From positions 1-37,078 of the forward strand of contig CAVPGK010000002.1 in NCBI GenBank assembly GCA_963703955.1: a DNA stretch of 37,078 bases, written 5' to 3'. Position 1 is the first letter of the stretch, and every line of letters begins with the position of its first letter. The stretch comes from Nitrospirota bacterium (GTDB lineage Bacteria; Nitrospirota; Nitrospiria; Nitrospirales; Nitrospiraceae). Under the pieces are notes generated by a model. It saw only the letters and a list, made by a program, of their open reading frames with translations, made no database searches and was not told where the DNA came from. Shown piece by piece: positions 1-7,973 of this stretch. The translations under genes and the position numbers were made by a program.

Positions 1-209
1 ATTCGCTGCTGGACGTGAGCGCCGCGCGGCTTGCCGATATTCCGTTCGGCGCCGCCCTATGGTCGAAGTCGGCGAACGAGCAGGAGGCATTCCGAGCTGC
101 GGCGGTCCCCCTCGGTGTGGTCGAATACTTTACTGCTCCTTCCATGGTCGCGGCTCGGCTTGCCGCTCGCCGCCAGGAAGGCCTTCACTGTGGCGCGACA
201 CGTGACTGA
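1..209 (+). CDS. 3' end of a probable HAD-family hydrolase (truncated by the window edge)
   Basis: Frame 3 is open from the window start and reads (D)SLLDVSAARLADIPFGAALWS. This resembles HAD motif IV (GDSxxDxxAAxxAG...W). The stop TGA at 207-209 overlaps the next GTG start. Confidence 0.55.
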   Translation, partial: SLLDVSAARLADIPFGAALWSKSANEQEAFRAAAVPLGVVEYFTAPSMVAARLAARRQEGLHCGATRD

Positions 210-663
210 GGGTTGCACCTTTTGCCGCATCGTCCGACGAGAGCTTGAAGCGCCCGTCGTCTTTGAGAGCGAAGTCTCCGTAGCGTTCCTCGATCATCGG
301 CCCCTTTTTGACGGTCATTGTCTCCTGGTTCCGAAAGATCACTATGAAACGCTGACCGACCTTCCGCAGACGTTGATCGCGCCGCTCTTCACGCATGCCC
401 AACTGTTGGCTCAGGCCGTAGAAGAAGGATTGGCCGCGGACGGCTCGTTTGTCGCCATGAACAACCGCGTTAGCCAAAGCGTGCCGCATGTGCACCTTCA
501 CGTCATCCCCCGCCGCAGAAAAGATGGGTTGAAAGGGTTCTTCTGGCCCCGTCATCCGTACAAGGACCACGAATCGATGGTGAGGACGCTGGAGGCGCTT
601 CGGTCCAAGATTACCCAGCTTCAACAAGAGAGGACGTCGTCCATCGGCTCATCTCGAACGTGA
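202..663 (+). CDS. HIT (histidine triad) family nucleotide hydrolase
   Basis: N-terminal CTFCRIV zinc motif, FLDHRPLFDGHCLLVPK, and the triad QSVPHVHLHVIPR. Start is probably GTG 202 or GTG 190 rather than 31. Confidence 0.9.
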   Translation: MTEGCTFCRIVRRELEAPVVFESEVSVAFLDHRPLFDGHCLLVPKDHYETLTDLPQTLIAPLFTHAQLLAQAVEEGLAADGSFVAMNNRVSQSVPHVHLHVIPRRRKDGLKGFFWPRHPYKDHESMVRTLEALRSKITQLQQERTSSIGSSRT

Positions 664-673
664 CGGAGGAACT

Positions 674-1369
674 ATGAACGCGATCACATGCTTTCGGATG
701 CTGCTGATCACCGGGGTCGGACTGGCGCTGAGTGGTCTGAATGTGTCGGCCCTGGCTCAGCATGGTCAAGTCGAGCACCGGCGACCTGCCGACATCAAAG
801 AATATCTTGAGAATCTCGATCGTCCGGAGCGTGATCAGTATCAGAAGCCTTCGCAGGTCGTCGACGCGCTCGGGTTGAAAGCCGGCATGGCCGTGGCCGA
901 CCTTGGAGCCGGCTCAGGTTATTTCACTCGGCGTTTTGCGGAAGCCGTGACCGAAAAAGGGAAGGTCTATGCGATCGATGTCGAAACAGACATGCTCGCT
1001 TACGTCAAAGACAGCCTCGAGCACATGCATATCCCCTACACCGCCGAGTTCATTCTGGCTCGGCCTGATGACCCTAAGCTGACCTTGGATTCGGTCGACC
1101 TGATCTTTCTGTGCAATGTCTACCATCACCTGGACAATCGCACGACCTACTTTTCCAACGTACGATCGGCCCTCAAGCCCGGAGGCCGGGTGGCGGTCAT
1201 CGACTTTTATCACGACGAGCGCTCCGGAGATGTCGGCTTTCCCCGCCACCATCTGGTGCCCCGTGAAACCGTGGTTGATGAGATGACCAAGGCCGGCTAC
1301 TCGCTCATCCGCGAGCACACATTCTTGAGCCGACAGTATTTCCTGGAGTTTGCTCTCTCAGCTCAATGA
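674..1369 (+). CDS. Class I SAM-dependent methyltransferase with N-terminal signal peptide
   Basis: Motif I VADLGAGSGYF, motif VYAIDV and LKPGGRVAVIDF. RBS GGAGGA precedes the ATG. Hydrophobic N-terminus ends in ALA-Q. Confidence 0.88.
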   Translation: MNAITCFRMLLITGVGLALSGLNVSALAQHGQVEHRRPADIKEYLENLDRPERDQYQKPSQVVDALGLKAGMAVADLGAGSGYFTRRFAEAVTEKGKVYAIDVETDMLAYVKDSLEHMHIPYTAEFILARPDDPKLTLDSVDLIFLCNVYHHLDNRTTYFSNVRSALKPGGRVAVIDFYHDERSGDVGFPRHHLVPRETVVDEMTKAGYSLIREHTFLSRQYFLEFALSAQ

Positions 1370-1611
1370 GCCTGGTGGGCTTTTCAGCCGCTATTTCACC
1401 CTCCCAATCCCGAGCCGCGCTCCGAAGCCGCGAAGTCTCGGCTGATTGGCGTTCTCATAGACGCTCCTCTTCTTTGCACTCGCCCGCCCCAGGCTCGCCA
1501 TTCACCGACCCGCCCCGAGCCTGCCAAGACAGGCTCCTTGCCCGAGGGACGCGCCTCTTCCCGTACACCGATCGGGTTGCGCTCAGGCGGCAAGCATGAG
1601 AAACTAGGCCC

Positions 1612-2565
1612 ATGACGCTTTCGGTTTCCGCCTACGATCATCTTCGGCATCGCCTACACCTCGCGTTGGCGTTGAATGCGGTGATCATTCTGGCCGAATT
1701 TGTAGGCGGTTGGTTGATCAACAGCATGGGGGTGATGAGCGACGCGGGCCACAACCTGATCGATCAGGGGTCGCTGTTCCTTGCGTTATACGCCCACATT
1801 CTGGCCCGACGGCCGGCAACGGAGGCACGGACGTTCGGCTATCACCGTGCAGGCATCGTCGCCGCCTTCATCAATTCGTGTGTGCTGCTGCTGACGGCGT
1901 TGGCGATCGCCGTTCTGGCAGGGAAACGGATCATGGATCCGGTTCCGGTCGCAGGCGGATGGGTTATCGCCATCGCGCTCCTCAGCTTCGTCGCCAACCT
2001 CGCCATTGCCCAACTCCTGCAACAGGGCGCTCAAGATGACCTGAACATTCGGAGCGCCTTCTGGCACATGCTGGCCGATGCCTGGGTTTCCTTGGGCGTC
2101 GTGGCTAGCGGCGCCGCAATTCTATTGACTCGCTGGTCGGTGCTGGATCCCCTGGTCAGCCTGGTGGTCGTCGGGGTCATCATCAAGGGCGCCTGGCCGC
2201 TCTTGAAAGAGTCCATGGAGGTGCTCCTCGAATCCACGCCACCCGGCATCAAAACCGCCCACGTGGTCCAGGCGATTGAAAAGATCCCCGGCGTCAAGAA
2301 TGTGCACGATTTGCACATCTGGGCCGTCGAGCCTCGGCTGGTGATGCTCAGCTGTCACGTGATGGTGGACGGGGATGATTCGCAACTGACGGATGAGCTG
2401 CTGCGGACCATCAGGGGCTGCGTGGCCACCGAGTTCGGCATAAAGCATCTCACCATCCAAATGGAAACACAGTGTTGCCATCCGGATGCGGTGCACTGCG
2501 ATTTGAACCAGTTGACGGGAGACGGCGCGCTGCACAGGACGCAGCACACCGAACTGCAACGCTAA
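1612..2565 (+). CDS. Cation diffusion facilitator (CzcD/ZitB-like divalent metal efflux transporter)
   Basis: SDAGHNLID, TFGYHRAGIVAAFIN, NIRSAFWHMLADA, VHDLHIW and HLTIQME motifs; six hydrophobic segments. Confidence 0.93.
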   Translation: MTLSVSAYDHLRHRLHLALALNAVIILAEFVGGWLINSMGVMSDAGHNLIDQGSLFLALYAHILARRPATEARTFGYHRAGIVAAFINSCVLLLTALAIAVLAGKRIMDPVPVAGGWVIAIALLSFVANLAIAQLLQQGAQDDLNIRSAFWHMLADAWVSLGVVASGAAILLTRWSVLDPLVSLVVVGVIIKGAWPLLKESMEVLLESTPPGIKTAHVVQAIEKIPGVKNVHDLHIWAVEPRLVMLSCHVMVDGDDSQLTDELLRTIRGCVATEFGIKHLTIQMETQCCHPDAVHCDLNQLTGDGALHRTQHTELQR

Positions 2566-3118
2566 CCTCTCGCCTCACGACTCTCGCCGGCTCTGAAGAC
2601 GGGCCAGCGTATCAGTAGTAAGGCCGCCCCGACCCCCAGCAATGCCCCGATGACCCAGCCGCCCACGACGTCGCTGAAGAAATGCGCGCCCACGTACACT
2701 CGCGACACTCCGATCACGGCAACGAGGGGCCAGGTGACCCACCCGGTCGAGGGATACAGCACCTGGGCAAAAGGCGGCGGCCGCGGCAGTGTTCAATGCG
2801 TGATTGGAAGGGAAGCTATACGTACCGCCGCATCCGGCGAGCTCATGAATACCCTCCAGCACCCAACAGGGCCTCGCTCGTTCCACAAGGAGTTTGACCT
2901 GCGCCCCCACCACATCACAAAGCAGCACGAGTGTGGTCAGCACGGCAGCACCGACCAGGGCTTCGCGTCTGTCGATCCAGAGCCAATATCCGAACAGACA
3001 GAGGCCAGGGACCAGTAAGCTCTCCGGGCGCGCGAGCCCCAGCATGGCCCAATCCAATGCGGCTGACTCGCTCAGCCAGCCCGTTGATGGCGTGGAATAT
3101 GTTAAGGTCCCAGTTCAC
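2562..3118 (-). pseudogene. PAP2-family phosphatase (undecaprenyl-PP/lipid phosphatase-like) split by two apparent +1 frameshifts; pseudogene or sequencing error
   Basis: Three consecutive ORF pieces: MNWDLNIFHAINGLA; LDWAM...KLLVERARP...SFPSNHA; QVLYP...SRVYVGAHFFSDV. Together they give PAP2 motifs C1, C2 and C3. Shifts are near 3066-3072 and 2765-2772. Confidence 0.85.
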
Positions 3119-3207
3119 GAAGCGTGCTCGCGTCTTTTATGACTCATGGTCGATGACATGCTGCACGCAGGTGACACGCACGAGAAGGTGTTAGGAGCTT
3201 AGCCCGG

Positions 3208-3645
3208 CTATTGCGTGCGGAAGTGGATACGTACCGTCAGTTCCCCATCAATCAGTTCATCTCCCCGCATCTGCGGATCGAAGGTCCACTTGTTGAGCGC
3301 CGCAATACCTGAGACCGTGAGCTCCCGGTGCTTGGCCGGTTCCAGCACGACTACCGTGACTTTGGCTTCTTTTGAAACCAGCATCCGGGCCTTCATCCAA
3401 TCATCGATCACCTTACCCTCCAACGCCGGCGGGATCGCCGGCCAGGGCGTGGACTTCGGCACCGGCCCCAATTGCTGGTCTTTGTTGAGCGGAAGCCCAT
3501 GAACATGAACCTCGGGCACGACCACGATATCTTCGTCGTGGTCCGACTGATGCGTGGCTCGGTCTCCCTCCGCTGTCCCGCCATGAACCGGCCACAGCCC
3601 AATAACAACGGCGAGAATCCAAGTGGAACCGTGAAGCCGGTTCAT
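3208..3645 (-). CDS. Small exported protein with TonB C-terminal-like domain
   Basis: ATG 3645 lies 13 nt after the receptor stop. It has a hydrophobic N-terminus. The C-terminus (ARMLVSKEAKVTVVVL...AALNKWTFDPQMRGDELIDGELTVRIHF) fits the TonB_C pattern (W-x-F-x-P). Confidence 0.75.
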   Translation of the reverse strand: MNRLHGSTWILAVVIGLWPVHGGTAEGDRATHQSDHDEDIVVVPEVHVHGLPLNKDQQLGPVPKSTPWPAIPPALEGKVIDDWMKARMLVSKEAKVTVVVLEPAKHRELTVSGIAALNKWTFDPQMRGDELIDGELTVRIHFRTQ

Positions 3646-3658
3646 CCGACACTCCCAA

Positions 3659-6101
3659 TTAGAAGAACCATTGCACGCGCCCAAAGAACGACCGCGGTGC
3701 GCCGGCGTGTGCGATACCCAGGCCGATGCTACCTTCACCGCTATTGTAAAAGTAGTTCCGATCAAACAGGTTGATGATATCAAACCCCAGCAATAGCTTT
3801 TGTTTATGCCACGGGAGCGGGATCACATGAGTAATGGAGGCATTATAGATCGTATAAGACGGTTCATGCGAAGAATTCGTCTTGGCTCCCTCTGCCGCCG
3901 TGCGCAAGCCATAGCCATAGAGCATCTGCCCGGTGATCGTTGTCCGCTCCAAAAACTTATAGCTGAGCACTGCCGAACTCGTCATGAATTGCGAATGATC
4001 GCAGAAGATACCACCCGGGGAATTGATGTCATTGATTTCCTGTTGGTCCAACAGAAATTGACCTGACTGCAACCCGAACCCCTTACATTGCCCCCAGGAC
4101 ACATTGCCCCGCCCGGTCAGGTTGTCGGTGAACTGAACCTTTAGGGCTCCATCAATCCCGCGCTGCCAACCATTATTGAAAGCAAAGAAATTGAGCAACG
4201 GTGTGCTCCCAAACTGCCCAGCATCAGAAAGAAAGTTCGCCAACTTGTAGTATCCAGCCACTTCTAATGTGGCGTACCGGCTGATCGCATGGTAGCTGCC
4301 AACCTCAAAGTAATGCGCCCGCTCAGCGCGCGGTCTGAAGCCGGTCGGATCGTCTGGTTCGGCAGTGGTCCCTGTCGTATTGAGATTGATGAACGCGATC
4401 TGCTCCACGTTGGGCGGCGTGAACAGGCGACCGTAATAGGCGTGGAAGACATTCGACTGATTGTACTTGTACGTGACGCCGACCCGGGGACTGACCTGTC
4501 CTTCGTTGTAGAACCCCTGGATCTGGTCGAACCGAAGACCCAGGTTGAAGGTCCACTGATCTGTCAGGCTCCACTGATCCTGCACCCAGAACTCTTCGCG
4601 CCATTGGATGTTCCGATTCGAGGCCTCGCGGGTGATGGCCGGACCAACGGGGAGGTCTGTGTCCGGATCGATGTCGAAGGCGAAGAGTAGCGCCGTGTTG
4701 TTGGCATTGGTGTAATCGATCTGAAACCCCGTTTTCACCAGATGTTGGTTGTTCGGCACCCAGGTGTAATCGAGTCGGACACCTCCGGAATAGGCCCGGC
4801 GCTGCTGGCTGGCTGTTTCAGCGCTGTCCGCCTCGGGCGCATACGCCAGTGCGTTCGATGGATCGGTCTGAAAGTTCGCATAGCCGGCCCGGAAGTAGCC
4901 GCCCAGACTGAAAAAGTTCGACGCATTGACATCATGCCGCCAGACCAGTTGCGTATATTGGTTGTTCTCTTTTTGGAACTGATTGACAGCCTGAGAGGTC
5001 ACAGGGGTGAAACTTGGATCTCCCGTCTGCAGGAGTGCGAGCACGTCCTGGTTCACCTCCAGGTTCGGGTTCGTTGGGATTTGGTACTTGGCCACGGACC
5101 CCAAGAAGATCCAGCTGAAGTTATTGTTATTGTCGCGTTGGTAATCTCCCCTGAGATAGGTGTTGTTCTTCTCGCTCTGGTTATGAAAATTCGTCCTGCC
5201 CAAAGTGGGCGGCTCGATGCCCCGACTCGTGGTCACATAGCTGTTCAAAACATAGTAGCGAAACTTCTCCCCTACCGTCCCGCCGTATTCGAACGAGGGA
5301 TTCACTGTTTCATTCGAACCGCCGAACATCTGCAACGACCCGAATCCTGGTTTGGTTCCGCTCTTGCTGGTGATATCCAGAATAAGAGCGGTCTTGTTGC
5401 CGTACTGCGCTTCCATGCCACCCAAGATGATATCGGCGCGTTCCCAGGCCCTCGGTGGCACAATGTCGGCAAACGCCCCGGTGACCGTATCGGGAATGGG
5501 AATCCCGTCAATGCGAAACTGCTGATTGGCATGGTCCTGCCGGATGTGAGTTTGCTTCAGGGCTCCGTAGACCACGCTCGGCACGGTCAGGAGTACCTCG
5601 TACACTTCGTTGTTGTTGCCCTTCGGCAGGATTTCGACATCTTTGCGGCTCAGCTGGTAGGTTGTGCTCGACGCCTTGTATTGAATCGCCGGCAGCGTGG
5701 AAACAATTTCCAATGCGATCTCTTGTGTGAGGGCCAGCGTCAGGGTGACCGGGGCGCGGCTTTTCCGTTCCGACCCTAACCACCACATACTCGCTCTTGA
5801 AGGTGTCTTGAACCGCACTGACGGAATACGTTCCTTCGCTCGGGGCCGTGACGGAAAATTCTCCGGCCTGGTTCGTGACGCCTTGTGCCACGACATTGCC
5901 TTCCTGGTCGCGAATCTGAACAATCGCCTGATCGACTCGCCGTAGGTCCTGGTTCTGAACCGCTCCGGTGATCGTTCTCGCTGTGACAAAAGCCGCTGGT
6001 TCCTGGGCCAGGACCGACTGCTGTTCCTGAAACAGTATTCCAGTGACCCACAGCATTGCGCAGACGAACAAACGGGACCACCTTACCCATGAGCGCCTCA
6101 T
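3659..6101 (-). CDS. TonB-dependent outer-membrane receptor with N-terminal carboxypeptidase-regulatory-like domain; one apparent +1 frameshift near 5757
   Basis: RBS GGAGGAG and ATG 6101; signal peptide; ITGAVQN...TNQAGEFSV...GTYSVSA domain. The frame switches at EKP|APVTLTL. Plug motifs FRIDGIPI and GGMEAQYGNK follow, then a beta-barrel (SPRVGVTY, INLFDRNY) and C-terminal QWFF. Confidence 0.9.
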
Positions 6102-6196
6102 GATCTCCTCCGATCATCAAGACGGGTCGTTGACGCGCGCGAGCGACGGCACCGTCAAGCAGACGTGCCGGCCGACGGCGGTGACTGTCTCCGAGA

Positions 6197-6529
6197 TTAG
6201 GAAAGCGGAGGCGCGCGGGGTGGACCGACTGTGATGATGCGAGGGGAAACCAGCAGAGGGATCGAAGGACTTTCATGCTGCTCGACGGCGAAAGTGGAGG
6301 CGGCAGTGGGCACACCGGCCAGCAGGGAACTGCCGGCATGGTGCTGGACCCATTGGCATAGGTCGGAGTCGGAATGCTGATGGTCGTCGTGATCCGCCGC
6401 CGCCAAGGCATGGTGCACTTCTAAGGCCACGGCGAATGGAGAGAGCGCCAATAGGATAATCACCAGCGTGAATGCTCCCGCGCCGGGGAGGGACCGGTAG
6501 GACGGAGTCTGAGGAAGACGAAGTATCAT
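6197..6529 (-). CDS. His-rich exported leader peptide with C-terminal RAPP motif (DUF2946/CruR/CutF-like uORF)
   Basis: Signal-like segment FTLVIILLALSPFAVA, then LEVHHALAAADHDDHQHSDSDLCQWVQHH, a low-complexity linker and the C-terminus GPPRAPPLS. It ends 95 nt upstream of the TonB-dependent receptor start. Confidence 0.8.
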   Translation of the reverse strand: MILRLPQTPSYRSLPGAGAFTLVIILLALSPFAVALEVHHALAAADHDDHQHSDSDLCQWVQHHAGSSLLAGVPTAASTFAVEQHESPSIPLLVSPRIITVGPPRAPPLS

Positions 6530-6539
6530 GAGCGGGGCG

Positions 6540-6569
6540 CTTCTACCACACCCATTCAGAAGTTGTCAA
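6540..6569 (-). promoter_or_regulatory. Putative sigma70 promoter for the RAPP leader/receptor unit
   Basis: On the - strand: TTGACA (6569-6564), 18 nt ending in TGTGG, then TAGAAG (6545-6540). This lies 10 nt before ATG 6529. Confidence 0.5.
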
Positions 6570-6661
6570 TTTGGACGCTGCTTCTACCCTCGGACTGGTG
6601 TCTTCACCTGCGCCATGCTACGATTCGGTCGAATCACCAGCGCCCTCAATGGGCGGAAGCC

Positions 6662-7438
6662 ATGCTGATCGACACCCACACGCATCTGGACGACTCGCGC
6701 TACGACGCCGATCGCGAGGCCATGATCCAGCGTGCCCGTGAGGCGGGGGTGGACACGTTCGTGACCATTGGATGCGATCTGCCCACGAGCCGGGCGGCAG
6801 TGGCGCTGGCCGATCGCCATGCCGATGTCTATGCGACGATCGGCGTACACCCACATGAGGTCAAACGGATCGAGGAGGACTGGTACAACGAGCTTCGCCG
6901 ATTAGCCGAGCATCCGAAGGTGGTCGCATACGGCGAAATCGGGCTGGACTATCACTACAACCACTCCGCCCCGGAACAGCAGCGAGCCCGCTTTCGCGAG
7001 CAGGTGAGCTTGGCGCGTGAGCTTCGCCTCCCTATCGTGATCCACACCCGGGAGGCGCAGGACGACACGATCACGATTTTGAAGGAGGAGAACGCGGCGG
7101 AGGTCGGCGGCGTCTTTCACTGTTTTTCCGGCGACGCATGGCTCGCGAAGGACGCGCTGGACCTGGGTTTCTACCTTTCGTTTTCAGGGGTCATCACATT
7201 TCAGAATGCCACCATGCTCCGGGATATCGTGAAAACGGTGCCCCTGGATTGCATTCTGATCGAGACCGACTGCCCGTATCTGACCCCGGTGCCATATCGC
7301 GGCAAGCGGAACGAACCGGCTTACGTGAGGGCGGTTGCAGAGAAGATCGCTGAAATCCACAAGACCAGCGTAGACACAATAGCGGAAATCACCTGTAAGA
7401 ATGCCCGCGATCTCTTTCGGATTACACCGCCTTCCTAA
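6662..7438 (+). CDS. tatD: TatD-family hydrolase/deoxyribonuclease
   Basis: MLIDTHTHL, IGVHPH, GEIGLDY, IHTREA, GVFHCFSG, ETDCPYL and RGKRNEPA motifs. Confidence 0.95.
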   Translation: MLIDTHTHLDDSRYDADREAMIQRAREAGVDTFVTIGCDLPTSRAAVALADRHADVYATIGVHPHEVKRIEEDWYNELRRLAEHPKVVAYGEIGLDYHYNHSAPEQQRARFREQVSLARELRLPIVIHTREAQDDTITILKEENAAEVGGVFHCFSGDAWLAKDALDLGFYLSFSGVITFQNATMLRDIVKTVPLDCILIETDCPYLTPVPYRGKRNEPAYVRAVAEKIAEIHKTSVDTIAEITCKNARDLFRITPPS

Positions 7439-7692
7439 GCCACGAGGTCCCGATTCAAACGTCCCTCCTCATGAAGCAGTATTGTCCTAGGAGCCAGAGC
7501 TGCTCAAGTTTCAGTTGGAACTGGACCTCGTCTGGAGGTGTCACCAGCGGGCATAAAGACTTGTGCCCACGATTGAGGGTGATCAGGTGCCGGCGATTCG
7601 GCGTGCCAGCCCCTACAACTTTCGGACCCCCCCGCCTTCTTCTTCTGAATAATTGTTTCACTCCGAGTTTTTCAGTCATGTTAGGTTCTGTG

Positions 7693-7911
7693 ATGCAGGG
7701 GCAAAGGCACGACGTGTCTGTCTATACGGACGAAGAACGGCGGATTGCGCTGGTAGAGTTGGGCATCTGCATCAACATCGTGGAGCAGGTCCTAGCGGGT
7801 TGGCCCAGCCCCGACTTGTGCGCCTATGAGATTGCCCACACGTTGCGTGATCGCCTCGACATCCTGATCTCATTGGTCAACCAATCCGGCCCATCGCCGC
7901 GTTCCTGCTAA
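7693..7911 (+). CDS. Possible small hypothetical protein
   Basis: Distal part of ORF 7471..7911 (MQGQRHDV...EERRIALVELGICINIVEQVLAGW...LRDRLDILISLV) looks like amphipathic helices. No family recognised; start uncertain. Confidence 0.35.
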   Translation: MQGQRHDVSVYTDEERRIALVELGICINIVEQVLAGWPSPDLCAYEIAHTLRDRLDILISLVNQSGPSPRSC

Positions 7912-7973
7912 CGAAGCCCTCGCGTTCGTTCCCGAACGGTTGCCCGCCGGAGACCTAGTGGGCGCAGAGAATG

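Noticed and set aside
1366..1650. Short ORFs 1366..1599 (+) and 1396..1650 (-); possible NiCo (czcD) riboswitch upstream of the CDF gene
   Set aside because: The translations are low-complexity with no motifs. I could not find the conserved NiCo junction sequences as I recall them; an Rfam scan would settle this.
5750..5770. Programmed ribosomal frameshift at G GAA AAG in the receptor gene
   Set aside because: Restoring the frame needs a +1 shift, not the -1 shift such heptamers promote. An indel is the simpler explanation.
5776..6411. 211-aa - strand ORF spanning the leader and the receptor start; also the 5989 start given for the receptor
   Set aside because: Both are out-of-frame overlaps of the leader and the true receptor N-terminus, which has a clear RBS and signal peptide at 6101.
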